From: a virus
IMG/VR virus record: IMGVR_UViG_3300045988_156148
Span: 17,586-81,585 of that record
Reading direction: 5' to 3' (one strand)
DNA: 64,000 bases
In this document: piece after piece, positions 46,302 through 55,426 of the stretch
How positions within the stretch are numbered: position 1 is the stretch's first letter
How the letters are laid out: the number at the start of each line of letters is the position of its first letter
Translations under genes and position numbers: made by a program
Notes under the pieces: generated by a model
What the model was told of the DNA's origin: nothing
Seen by the model: only the letters and a program-made list of their open reading frames with translations
Database searches by the model: none

Positions 46302-46679
46302 ATGAATGAAAATTTAAGTCGTGTTTATTTTAATGGTAGCGAACTTAGTTACAAAGTTAACGGGGTTGAAGTTATAAATGGTGAATTTCCTGATAAATAT
46401 AATTTAAAAGGAGATTATTTAATTAGCGGAGAAGATCTAGCTGCTATCACGGTTGCTCTGAATAGCAATAAGGGGGTTATTTCTCAAATAGATATTAATG
46501 GTTATCATTTTAATATCTTGATTGAAGATTCAGATAATATAATGAAAAAAATTAAAGAAGAACTAGAAGAACTAAAATCAGAGAAAAAAAGATATAGAGA
46601 ATTATACTTTACATACATTCATCTCAATGATCTTCCGTGGTATAAACGTATCTTTAAGAAAATAGAAATAGGAAAATGA
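46302..46679 (+). CDS. Hypothetical protein
   Basis: Packed co-directional ORF. Confidence 0.5.
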   Translation: MNENLSRVYFNGSELSYKVNGVEVINGEFPDKYNLKGDYLISGEDLAAITVALNSNKGVISQIDINGYHFNILIEDSDNIMKKIKEELEELKSEKKRYRELYFTYIHLNDLPWYKRIFKKIEIGK

Positions 46680-47029
46680 ATAACAATTTAAGTGTAAATG
46701 TAACCCTATCTGAACTGAATGGGGTTATCATAACTAATGATGAGGTGGGTGGGGTGGAGGAAAAAGGTATTTTTATCCCACTAAGATTTAATACAATATA
46801 TAGGAACAGAAAAGGGGAGTACATACTGACATTGAAAGCTGTTGAGAAAAAGCCTAATCAGTATGGTTATGTATACGGCTTACTCCCTAAAGCTTCCAAG
46901 AAAAAAAATAAAGAGCTTGAAATGTTAGGACAAAGTACTAATACTTGGTGTGGAAATATAATAAGAAGCACTGAATATACAAAAGTTAAAAAAAACAGAG
47001 TGTCAATAGATGATGCGTTAAAAAAATAA
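46676..47029 (+). CDS. Hypothetical protein
   Basis: Packed co-directional ORF. Confidence 0.5.
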   Translation: MNNNLSVNVTLSELNGVIITNDEVGGVEEKGIFIPLRFNTIYRNRKGEYILTLKAVEKKPNQYGYVYGLLPKASKKKNKELEMLGQSTNTWCGNIIRSTEYTKVKKNRVSIDDALKK

Positions 47030-47033
47030 CAAT

Positions 47034-47399
47034 ATGAAAAATAAAGAAAATGAATTAATAAAGAAATTTGAAAGTCTTTCTAAATTTATAGAAGAAAATG
47101 ATATTCCTGCTTTAATATTAATTAAAACAAATGAAAGTCATTTTTCAGCAACAATTTCTAATATAGATGATATTACGGAATTATTTGCAAAACGATCACA
47201 TGATGATGACGATTTAGGACATGCTTTGTCTTATATAGCTACATTAACGATGGGTTCACAATGTTCTATGAATCATAGAAAGTTCTTTGAGTTTCAAAGG
47301 AATGTATTGGCTGCTATTAAGGAATATGATGAAACCTTTAACGGCTTATTTAATGAAGATGAAGATGAAGAAGTAGATAATAAAAATTGCGATTGTTAG
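47034..47399 (+). CDS. Hypothetical acidic protein
   Basis: Packed co-directional ORF. Confidence 0.5.
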   Translation: MKNKENELIKKFESLSKFIEENDIPALILIKTNESHFSATISNIDDITELFAKRSHDDDDLGHALSYIATLTMGSQCSMNHRKFFEFQRNVLAAIKEYDETFNGLFNEDEDEEVDNKNCDC

Positions 47400-47431
47400 T
47401 TTTATATATTTACATTTTAAAAAACATTATT

Positions 47432-47869
47432 ATGAAAAAATGGTTTTTAGGTTCTCTGAAATACGAAAAAGTAATGGAGAACGGGAAAGAAAAAAAAGTT
47501 ACAGAAAAATATCTAATAGATGCCTTATCTGTGACAGAAGCCGAAGCTAGACTAATAGAAGAGATGTCTCCCTTTATCAGTGGTGATTTTTCGATAAAAG
47601 CTGTGGTAGATACAAAATACGCAGAAGTAGTTCCAAGCGATAATGAAGCTGATGATACTTGGTTTAAGTGTAAACTTGGGTATATCACCTTAGACGAAAA
47701 GACTGGGGCTGAAAAGACTACGACAACCAATATGCTTGTACAAGCAGCAGATTTAAGACAAGCTGTAAAGAATTTAGACGAATACATGAAAGGTACAATG
47801 GCTGATTATAGAATAGAAAGTGTATCTGATAGTAAAATAATGGACGTTTATCCATATAATAACAAATAA
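47432..47869 (+). CDS. DUF4494-like protein
   Basis: MKKWFLGSLKYEKVMENGKEKKVTEKYLIDALSVTEAEARL. ATG 47432 lies inside track ORF 47387..47869. Confidence 0.55.
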   Translation: MKKWFLGSLKYEKVMENGKEKKVTEKYLIDALSVTEAEARLIEEMSPFISGDFSIKAVVDTKYAEVVPSDNEADDTWFKCKLGYITLDEKTGAEKTTTTNMLVQAADLRQAVKNLDEYMKGTMADYRIESVSDSKIMDVYPYNNK

Positions 47870-47871
47870 TA

Positions 47872-48249
47872 ATGGAAGCAATATATATTGAAGGTCAAAT
47901 TACTGCCATACTCCCCGAAACTAGAGGTGTGGGACAGAGAGGTGAATGGGTTAGCCAAGATTTTGTATTAAAGACAGACGATAACTATCCTAAAAATATT
48001 TGTTTCACTATTTTGGGAGCAGACAAGATTAAAGAAGCGAACATTAGAATCGGAGATGTTGTTAGTATTGGAGTAAATCTTGAATCCAGAGAATTTAAGG
48101 GACGTTGGTATACATCTATAAAAGCATGGAGCATAAAGAAGAAAAGTGAGGCAAAACAGCAAAGTGTACCAACTCCACCACCATCATCTAAACCGAAACA
48201 GAATTATGCATCAACCAGTCAAGATGATACAGATGCGCTGCCATTCTGA
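47872..48249 (+). CDS. OB-fold ssDNA-binding-like protein (DUF3127-like) with SSB-type acidic tail
   Basis: EGQITAILPETRGVGQRGEWVSQDFVLKT..REFKGRWYTSIKAW. The C-terminus QDDTDALPF mimics the bacterial SSB tip (DDDIPF). Confidence 0.6.
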   Translation: MEAIYIEGQITAILPETRGVGQRGEWVSQDFVLKTDDNYPKNICFTILGADKIKEANIRIGDVVSIGVNLESREFKGRWYTSIKAWSIKKKSEAKQQSVPTPPPSSKPKQNYASTSQDDTDALPF

Positions 48250-48324
48250 ATATCTGATGTGTTACAGAAGTTTAAAGGGAATGGAATTGACGTAGATATT
48301 GTTGGATATAACAAATAATATCTC

Positions 48325-48402
48325 TATATTTGTGGAATGAAAGGGATAGTTGAAGGTAGCTCCTTCAATGAAAGGCTATACTGGTGGGCTTTCCCTTCAT
48401 TC
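48325..48402 (+). promoter_or_regulatory. -7 box TATATTTG plus nested-hairpin leader upstream of the HNH gene
   Basis: -7 box at 48325-48332. Outer stem GAATGAA(A)GGGA/TCCCTTCATTC (48335-48402) and inner stem TTGAAGG/CCTTCAA (48350-48368). Confidence 0.4.
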
Positions 48403-48436
48403 TTAATCATCAGTACCATTTAAAACCAGTATAAAT

Positions 48437-49195
48437 ATGGAAACATATCATAATTTATCATTAGAAGATTTACCAAATGAAATTTGGAAAGATGTAGTTG
48501 GATATGAAGGACTATATCAAGTAAGTAATTTAGGAAGAATAAAGTCATTGGATAGATATGTTGAATATCCTAATTATATAAAAAGAATAAATGGTAGAAT
48601 TATGTCCCAGCAAGATAATTCTAAAGGATATTTAATGGTTAATTTAAGTCTTAATGGTTTCACGAAAAAATTATATGTACATAGATTAGTTGCCGAAGCA
48701 TTTATTCCTAATCTCGCTAATAAAGTAGAAGTAAATCACATAGATTTAAATAAAAAAAACAATATTATTTCAAATTTGGAATGGTGTACTAAAAAAGAAA
48801 ATATGCGCCATGCACATGAAAATGGAGCTATTAAATATACTAAAGTATATCAATATTCTATTAATGGAGAATATGAACAGGAGTTTAATTCATTATTAGA
48901 CGCATCTATTTTTCATAACATAAGAAGTGGGGATATATGCAGGTCATGTAATGGTGAAAGGGCGGTATGTAGAGGACATATATTTAGATATTATAAAAAA
49001 GATAAGATATATATACCTTCTAAAAAATTTAAAAGAGTTTTGATGTATGAAGGAAGTACATTAATTAAAGATTTCCCCTCTACAAAAGATGCTTCTAAAT
49101 ATTTAAAGGTTAAGGAAAATTCTATTGTTTCATCTTGTCTTAGAGGATATAAATGTAAAGGTTATAATTTAAAATATAAAGAAAATGGAAAATAA
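48437..49195 (+). CDS. HNH homing endonuclease (NUMOD4 + HNH_3 type)
   Basis: EIWKDVVGYEGLYQVSNLGRIKS..HRLVAEAF..VNHIDLNKKNNIISNLEWCT. Inserted between the SSB-like and RecT genes. Confidence 0.8.
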   Translation: METYHNLSLEDLPNEIWKDVVGYEGLYQVSNLGRIKSLDRYVEYPNYIKRINGRIMSQQDNSKGYLMVNLSLNGFTKKLYVHRLVAEAFIPNLANKVEVNHIDLNKKNNIISNLEWCTKKENMRHAHENGAIKYTKVYQYSINGEYEQEFNSLLDASIFHNIRSGDICRSCNGERAVCRGHIFRYYKKDKIYIPSKKFKRVLMYEGSTLIKDFPSTKDASKYLKVKENSIVSSCLRGYKCKGYNLKYKENGK

Positions 49196-50069
49196 GAAAG
49201 AACTAGTCAAACCTGTATTGGTTGAAGAAAAAGCATTAGCAAAGATACAATCCTATATGGAATTAGGTATGACAATCCCCGAAGGATTTTCACCAGCAAA
49301 CAGTCTTAAGAAAGCCCGATTTATGTTGAATGACATGAAAGTAGGAGGAAAGCCTGTATTAGAAGTTTGCACGGAAGAATCTGTAATGCAAGCATTATTA
49401 GATTCAGTTGCTAAAGGATTAGATTTCTCGGAATCTCAAATATATTTTATTCCAAGAAATAATCAAATGACTACAATGGAAAGTGTATATGGGCGCATTG
49501 TAAGGGCAAAAAGAGCTTCCAAATTTTATAAACCTATTGTTGGATATGTTCATGAAGGAGACATTTTTGATTTTGGAATAGATGTAAATACTGGGTATAC
49601 TAAAATCATTGAACACAAAACATCAGTTGAAAATTTAGATAAGCCATTTATTGCTGCTTATGCTTATGTTACAGATAATGATGGTAATACTGATGTTTTT
49701 GTTATGACGCGAAAGGAATGGTTGAAATCGTGGACTAAATCCTCAAATGGAGCAAGTGTAGCAAAAGATTTTGAACGTGATATGATTTATCGAACGATTA
49801 TTAAAAAATCTACTAAATCATTAGTCAATTCTAATGTTAAATATATGGGTACTCTGATTGACGAAGAAGATGATATTCCTTTGGCAGGTGAAACATCACC
49901 TATGATTGATAAATCAAAAGTTGGTGAGGTTGTAGAATATGAAGAAGTACAAGAAACTGTAGATGCATCCACATTAGGTAACAAAGAAGAACTTAATGGT
50001 GCAAATGCAGGTGACTCGGTAACAACCAAAGAGGAAAAGAAAGAACAAATTAAAGAACGTCCGTTTTAA
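49185..50069 (+). CDS. recT: RecT-family single-strand annealing protein
   Basis: ..ESVMQALLDSVAKGLDFSESQIYFIPRNN..VYGRIVRAKRAS..VHEGDIFDF.. matches the RecT pattern. Sits in a recombination-module context. Confidence 0.7.
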   Translation: MENKKELVKPVLVEEKALAKIQSYMELGMTIPEGFSPANSLKKARFMLNDMKVGGKPVLEVCTEESVMQALLDSVAKGLDFSESQIYFIPRNNQMTTMESVYGRIVRAKRASKFYKPIVGYVHEGDIFDFGIDVNTGYTKIIEHKTSVENLDKPFIAAYAYVTDNDGNTDVFVMTRKEWLKSWTKSSNGASVAKDFERDMIYRTIIKKSTKSLVNSNVKYMGTLIDEEDDIPLAGETSPMIDKSKVGEVVEYEEVQETVDASTLGNKEELNGANAGDSVTTKEEKKEQIKERPF

Positions 50070-50158
50070 TCATGGATGATGAAATAGATTCTTCATGGAA
50101 AGAAATGTATCCTGATTGGATAGATGATGGAGCAGATATTTTGTAAATAAATCAACTT

Positions 50159-50207
50159 AGTCCCATTTTGTTTAGGTAGTAATACCTATTCGGATGGGAC
50201 TTTTTAA
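50159..50207 (+). terminator. Intrinsic terminator
   Basis: AGTCCCAT..(inner TAGGTA/TACCTA)..ATGGGACT followed by TTTTT. Confidence 0.65.
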
Positions 50208-50219
50208 TTAGATATAGAT

Positions 50220-50504
50220 ATGGCAGGGAAGAATGACAAATGGTTAATGTTTCGTAACTACATGATTAATGAGCTTGGTATTACGAAAGAAGATATTAGA
50301 GAATGGATTGAAGATGCAGTTAGAATAGAAGCTAAAAAGTTAGCAGAAGATGCTTTTGCAAGAGAGAATCCCGAACAAATGATTAGACGTATAGTTTATG
50401 ATTCCGGTTATTTCAAGGATAATAGCTTCAATAGAACTGTCATTGAGATAGCAGCGAAGTGTTTAATGGAAAGATTTGATATTGTTACTAAAAAAGATAA
50501 ATAG
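50220..50504 (+). CDS. Hypothetical protein
   Basis: Packed co-directional ORF. Confidence 0.5.
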   Translation: MAGKNDKWLMFRNYMINELGITKEDIREWIEDAVRIEAKKLAEDAFARENPEQMIRRIVYDSGYFKDNSFNRTVIEIAAKCLMERFDIVTKKDK

Positions 50505-50505
50505 T

Positions 50506-50922
50506 ATGAAGAATTTAATTGAAAATTTCCTCGCAAAGTGTGTATGCAAAGGTATTGAATTGTATATGCGGAAGTATCGAATATACATGTCTAATGAGGA
50601 GTTGATTCCAACGACTGATGAACAGTTCAAAGAGGAATTGGTAAATCATAATTCCCTAAATTTTTGTGAGAATTATTTCGAACGATACGATAAATATAGA
50701 AATTATGAATTATCAGAAAAAAGAGGAATACATAAAGGAGACCAATTTCTATGTATCAAAGATGTAATAATGAATGGTGAAGAAAATGAGATTGCTTATT
50801 TTCAAGGGGAAATATACTTATCAGAAAATGATGGTTGTATAACTGATGAATATGGTGATAAATCTCATTGGTGGATAAAAGAGGAAGAGATTAATAGTTA
50901 TTTTAAAAAGATACAACCATGA
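50506..50922 (+). CDS. Hypothetical protein
   Basis: ATG 50506 (MKNLIENF) lies 2 nt after the upstream stop. Confidence 0.5.
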   Translation: MKNLIENFLAKCVCKGIELYMRKYRIYMSNEELIPTTDEQFKEELVNHNSLNFCENYFERYDKYRNYELSEKRGIHKGDQFLCIKDVIMNGEENEIAYFQGEIYLSENDGCITDEYGDKSHWWIKEEEINSYFKKIQP

Positions 50923-51095
50923 ACGTAGATGTAACAGTTAGTATAGATATTGAAGAAATATTTAATAATCTTTCTCCTAGTGAAAAAGGAAAGTTTTGCG
51001 ATATAGCCCTTGACTATCTTGACGACAGCGAACTTATAGACGTATTGAAAAATAGAAATTGTGATTGGAGTTATTTTGGATTAAAAGAAGAATGA
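50919..51095 (+). CDS. Small hypothetical protein (58 aa)
   Basis: ATGA overlap with the upstream stop. Fills a gap. Confidence 0.4.
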   Translation: MNVDVTVSIDIEEIFNNLSPSEKGKFCDIALDYLDDSELIDVLKNRNCDWSYFGLKEE

Positions 51096-51096
51096 T

Positions 51097-51369
51097 ATGA
51101 CGGCAAAGGAGTTATTAAGTAAGGTAGAAGATATAGAATCGAAACTATATTATGATATGGGTAAGTATCGACAGTTTACTATTGATACAGTTGATGATAT
51201 TATAGATGAATTGAATAATCATATTCAAGAGCCTTCCCAAGTTTTAACAGATGAAGATGTAATAGGGAGTTTAATATATAAAATTGAAAGTATTATGGGA
51301 ATATGTGATTCAAGCCTATTGGATTACCAAATATTTGAAGAATTACTTTATTTAATGAAGGAGGATTAA
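51097..51369 (+). CDS. Hypothetical protein
   Basis: Packed co-directional ORF. Confidence 0.5.
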   Translation: MTAKELLSKVEDIESKLYYDMGKYRQFTIDTVDDIIDELNNHIQEPSQVLTDEDVIGSLIYKIESIMGICDSSLLDYQIFEELLYLMKED

Positions 51370-51371
51370 TT

Positions 51372-51572
51372 ATGGAAAAGAAAGTTGCAGGAAGCGTAAT
51401 CATTAACACTTCAGACCAATTAGTTGCCAATAAATTAAAGGCATTGGAATTAGGCTATAAATATGGTAAAAAGTCAGATTATACAGGAACAGTGCTTGAT
51501 AAAGAGGCTTATGAAAAGGCAGAAGAAATATTAAAATGGGCTTATGGCATATCTGAAAATAGCGGGAAGTAG
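51372..51572 (+). CDS. Hypothetical protein
   Basis: Packed co-directional ORF. Confidence 0.5.
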   Translation: MEKKVAGSVIINTSDQLVANKLKALELGYKYGKKSDYTGTVLDKEAYEKAEEILKWAYGISENSGK

Positions 51573-52266
51573 CAGTAAAGGCAATAGCTATATCCTTGAA
51601 TGTAATAACGAAATCCTTTTAATTGAAGCAGGTGTATCTTTTAAAAATAAGATACTTCCGGCTATAAATTGGAAAGGAGGTAGGGTGGTTGGCTGTTTAG
51701 TCAGCCACCGATGAAGTCATTCAGACCATTCTTTAGATATTCCTAATTTAATATTAAGAGCAATATCCGTTTATTCAAATAAGGAAACAAAGTCTATATT
51801 TCCTGACGTAGTTGAACTTTCTATTAAAACTAAATATCGTATTGGAGGTTTTGAAGTACAATGTCTTGAAGTTCCTCATAATGCACAATGTTATTCATTT
51901 ATAATAGATTGTCCTGATGGAATAAGGATTTTGTTTATAACTGATTGCTCTTATTTTAAATATAAGGTGAAAGATGTAAATGTTTTAATGATTGAAACTA
52001 ATTACAGTAATGATGTGATTGTAGATAATGCGATACATGATGAATGGTCGTCTAGTGCATCTGAAAATCACTTATCATTGGAACAGGCTATTGAAGTTAT
52101 TAAAAGACATAAGTCTCGTAATTTAAAGACAGTCATAGGGCTTCATCTAAGTAATCAAAATAGCGATGAAAAAAAGTTTGGTGAGAGAATATTTGAAGAG
52201 ACAGGATTTAGAGCTATATTTGCAGATAGCGGTATCACTGTAGAACTAAAAAGGGAGGAATTTTAA
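51544..52266 (+). pseudogene. MBL-fold metallo-hydrolase (phage recombination nuclease type) interrupted by an in-frame TGA
   Basis: MAYLKIAGSSSKGNSYILECNNEILLIEAGV..CLVSHR*SHSDH..LEVPHNAQCY..LFITDCSY..LMIETNY..ENHLSLEQA..GLHLSNQN is a single frame with one stop, at 51712-51714. The track only shows the 3' part (51931..52266). Confidence 0.65.
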
Positions 52267-52485
52267 ATGGCGAATCCTAATTACTTTAAACTTAGAGACT
52301 ATCTACAATCTTTAATAGATATGACGATAGAAGCGGAGAATAAAAATTCTATATACTATTATTTCCCTATTGATTCTAGGGATTTAGCAAAGAATATGGA
52401 ATTAATAAAAAATGGGTATAATAAGAATATATTACCTGTTAATTTGTTATGGCAAATAATGGATAAAAAGAAAAATGAAGAATGA
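52267..52485 (+). CDS. Hypothetical protein
   Basis: Packed co-directional ORF. Confidence 0.5.
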   Translation: MANPNYFKLRDYLQSLIDMTIEAENKNSIYYYFPIDSRDLAKNMELIKNGYNKNILPVNLLWQIMDKKKNEE

Positions 52486-52491
52486 TGGGAT

Positions 52492-53736
52492 ATGGAGAAT
52501 AACAAATGTTACATAGGGAAAACTTTTAATAGATTAACTATTCTATCTTATAAAGAACCTAGATTGTATAAAAGGAAAAATGGGGTAATAGAAAAGATTA
52601 AAAGAGTGGAATGTAAATGCTCTTGTGGGAAAATAGTATTAGTTGATTTAAAATCAGTAATATATGGGAATACGAAAAGTTGTGGATGCTCATCAAAAAA
52701 ACTAATATTTAATAATGGGATAAATGATTACGATGATATTACATACAGAAATGGTAGAGATATTAAAAGCTACTCTGTTTGGCATAGTATGCTACAAAGA
52801 TGCTATGATGAAAAAACACATATTAAGCATCCTACTTACAAAGGTTGTACAGTTTGTGACGAATGGCTTTACTTTTCCAACTTCAAAAAGTGGTTTGATG
52901 AAAATTATATTGAAGGTACACAACTAGATAAGGATATATTTTCAAAAAATAAAGTCTATTCTCCTGAAACTTGTTGTTTTGTACCAAGAGAAATTAATAT
53001 ATTAATGTCACAAATAGAACGTTTTAATAATGGAATTATAGGTGTGCATTACGATAAAATAAATGGGAAATATAAATCTGTTTTTAGGAATAAAACACTT
53101 GGAAGGTACAATTCTAAAGAAGAAGCGAGTTTTGCTTATGTGAAAGCTAAAAAAAGATATATTAAAGAGAGAGTAATGTATTTCCTTTCAATAGGAAAGA
53201 TAGATAAACGTATAAGTGATAAAATAATAAAAAATATTGTGAAAATGAATAAAATATATTGCGGTTTAGATAATGGTGTAAGTGGAAGTATTGGATTTGT
53301 TGGAGAGGATATTTATCCTTTTTTTGTAAAAACACCAACAAAAAAAGAACAGGACTATACAAAATCTAAGAAAAATATCACTCGTCTTGATTATAGTGCA
53401 TTCATGAATCTATTTAGTTCTTACAATAGGAATGATATTGTTGTATTAATGGAAAGACCTTTGGTAAATCCGAGCAAATTTACCGCAACAACATCTGCAC
53501 TAAGATGCCATGAAGCAGAATTAATTATGATTGAAACTATGGGTCTTAAATATATGTTCATTGATAGCAAAGAGTGGCAAAAAGAATTGCTGCCTAAAGG
53601 AATTGTCGGAAGTGAAGAACAAAAGAAAGCCTCATTAGATATAGGTAATAGACTATTTCCTATGTTTGATGATTTCAAACACCCCGATAGAGATGGATTA
53701 TTAATAGCAGAATATGGAAGGAGGAAAAACTTATGA
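52492..53736 (+). CDS. Fusion ORF: AP2-type homing-endonuclease-like module (aa 1-250) plus RuvC-like Holliday-junction resolvase (from internal ATG 53245)
   Basis: The N-terminal part is paralogous to 63270..63986 (YSVWHSMLQRCYDE..CDEWLYFSNFKKWFDENY..VYSPETCCFVPREIN..AP2-like GVHYDKINGKYKSVF). The C-terminal part, MNKIYCGLDNGVSGSIG..LMERP..DRDGLLIAEYG, matches the RuvC/RNase H-fold resolvase pattern. Confidence 0.65.
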   Translation: MENNKCYIGKTFNRLTILSYKEPRLYKRKNGVIEKIKRVECKCSCGKIVLVDLKSVIYGNTKSCGCSSKKLIFNNGINDYDDITYRNGRDIKSYSVWHSMLQRCYDEKTHIKHPTYKGCTVCDEWLYFSNFKKWFDENYIEGTQLDKDIFSKNKVYSPETCCFVPREINILMSQIERFNNGIIGVHYDKINGKYKSVFRNKTLGRYNSKEEASFAYVKAKKRYIKERVMYFLSIGKIDKRISDKIIKNIVKMNKIYCGLDNGVSGSIGFVGEDIYPFFVKTPTKKEQDYTKSKKNITRLDYSAFMNLFSSYNRNDIVVLMERPLVNPSKFTATTSALRCHEAELIMIETMGLKYMFIDSKEWQKELLPKGIVGSEEQKKASLDIGNRLFPMFDDFKHPDRDGLLIAEYGRRKNL

Positions 53737-53891
53737 TTGTAGATACTGATAAATGGGTTACTATTGACACATACGCTTTTTTAAAAGGGATTAAGCGTAG
53801 ATGGGTTTATGATCTTATAAAAAAAGGTAAGGTGCAAACAATCAAGTTATGGGGAAAACAATTAATATATATAGGAGATGAAAATGAATAA
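53733..53891 (+). CDS. Small HTH/excisionase-like protein (52 aa)
   Basis: MIVDTDKWVTIDTYAFLKGIKRRWVYDLIKKGKVQTIKLWGKQLIYI. ATGA overlap with the upstream stop. Confidence 0.45.
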   Translation: MIVDTDKWVTIDTYAFLKGIKRRWVYDLIKKGKVQTIKLWGKQLIYIGDENE

Positions 53892-53915
53892 AACAAGATT
53901 TAATTGAATGAAACC

Positions 53916-54161
53916 ATGAAAGATTTGATAATAATGATTGTAGCCTTTGTAATTGTTGCTGCATTTGTTGGACACATGGAAATAAATTTACCTCCATTTA
54001 GTATCAAACTACCAATGTGGCATAGAGTAGTATGCATGATTCTACTTCTTGTTACATATATACTTTGGAATTTGGGAGAAAGACAAGATGCCTATTCAAA
54101 AGGATTACAAGAAGGAATGAGAATAACTTTGGAACAAATTAAAGAAAAAAATGGGAAATAA
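53916..54161 (+). CDS. Small membrane protein
   Basis: Two hydrophobic helices. ATG 53916 lies inside track ORF 53904..54161. Confidence 0.5.
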   Translation: MKDLIIMIVAFVIVAAFVGHMEINLPPFSIKLPMWHRVVCMILLLVTYILWNLGERQDAYSKGLQEGMRITLEQIKEKNGK

Positions 54162-54432
54162 AAATATTTATATATTAGAAGCATCCGCTTATCATTGGGC
54201 GAAAGACGAACATATCTCTTTGTTAGAACAAAAACAATGGATCGGATATGGAGATATAGGCAAAGAAAAGTTGGAAAAAACAATGAAACAAATAGCAAAG
54301 CTATGGCAAGAAGTTTATATCGACAACAGAGATGATACGCAGGTTATAATCCATTTGTATTCTACCGTTCAAAGCAATGGGTTAATATTGAAAGATGACG
54401 TTTGCGATTATAAAATAATTGGAGGTAAATAG
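54151..54432 (+). CDS. Hypothetical protein
   Basis: Packed co-directional ORF. Confidence 0.5.
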   Translation: MGNKNIYILEASAYHWAKDEHISLLEQKQWIGYGDIGKEKLEKTMKQIAKLWQEVYIDNRDDTQVIIHLYSTVQSNGLILKDDVCDYKIIGGK

Positions 54433-54434
54433 CA

Positions 54435-54917
54435 ATGAATACAACCTTTGAAAAATCGGCTAATACCACTGATGAATGGTATACGCCAAAAGAAATTATA
54501 GACGCATTGGGAAGGTTCGATTTAGATCCATGCGCACCTTTAAATCCATTGTGGAGGACGGCTGTTGTGATGTACGACAAGAATATAGATGGATTATCTC
54601 GGAAATGGGAAGGTCGTGTTTGGCTTAATCCACCTTATTCAAAGCCTTTATTCGATAAATTCATAAAAAGAATGATTGAACATGATAATGGTATATTGTT
54701 GACTTTCAATCGTTGTGATACAAAGATATTCCAAGAACATATATTTTACACAGCTAAGGCTATGCTCTTTATAAAAGGTAGAATTAAGTTTTTTACTCCT
54801 GATGGAAACCAAACTGGGACTCCCGGTTGTGGAAGCGTCCTAATAGCCTTTGGAGAAAATAATGCCGAAATATTAAGAACTTGTAATATTGCAGGGAAAT
54901 ATGTACGAATAAATTAA
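54435..54917 (+). CDS. Phage-type N6-adenine DNA methyltransferase (Dam, MT-A70-like small form)
   Basis: TDEWYTPKEIIDALGRFDLDPC..WEGRVWLNPPYS (NPPY catalytic motif). Confidence 0.75.
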   Translation: MNTTFEKSANTTDEWYTPKEIIDALGRFDLDPCAPLNPLWRTAVVMYDKNIDGLSRKWEGRVWLNPPYSKPLFDKFIKRMIEHDNGILLTFNRCDTKIFQEHIFYTAKAMLFIKGRIKFFTPDGNQTGTPGCGSVLIAFGENNAEILRTCNIAGKYVRIN

Positions 54918-54922
54918 GGATT

Positions 54923-55183
54923 ATGAAAGAGAAAGAAATAAAGCTTTTGGCAAATGAAGCTCATGTTTTACAGGAAAGACTACTAGACATTGAAGATTAT
55001 ATTTGGAATAATATTAAAAGTGAAGTAAAGGCTAAATCTTCTTTTGGCGAATATGCAAGTCTTGTACGAATAGTTTTTTACCCAAATTTCATTAATGTTA
55101 AAGTTTATGATTCCGATTATGATCTATATGAAACTGAAATTATCAAATTTACCCACGAACAATTATCTGAATTAATGCCATGA
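54923..55183 (+). CDS. Hypothetical protein
   Basis: Packed co-directional ORF. Confidence 0.5.
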   Translation: MKEKEIKLLANEAHVLQERLLDIEDYIWNNIKSEVKAKSSFGEYASLVRIVFYPNFINVKVYDSDYDLYETEIIKFTHEQLSELMP

Positions 55184-55422
55184 GTGATGAACAGATAAAT
55201 GAGCTTCTTCGGCTAACGAAAGAAAACAATGAAATGCTTACCAAGATAATATCACACATAGAAAAAATAAACGATGATGATTATTTAGCCAAGCATTTAC
55301 TTCAAGAATTTATCAATAACGTTGTAGCCGACTTGTTTGCAGATATGCTCCTTCAACCAAAAGGAAGAGGACATATCAACTCGGAAGAAATAAAAGATAT
55401 TATTAATCAGTTAAAAATGTAG
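55180..55422 (+). CDS. Hypothetical protein
   Basis: Packed co-directional ORF. Confidence 0.5.
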   Translation: MSDEQINELLRLTKENNEMLTKIISHIEKINDDDYLAKHLLQEFINNVVADLFADMLLQPKGRGHINSEEIKDIINQLKM

Positions 55423-55426
55423 TTTT

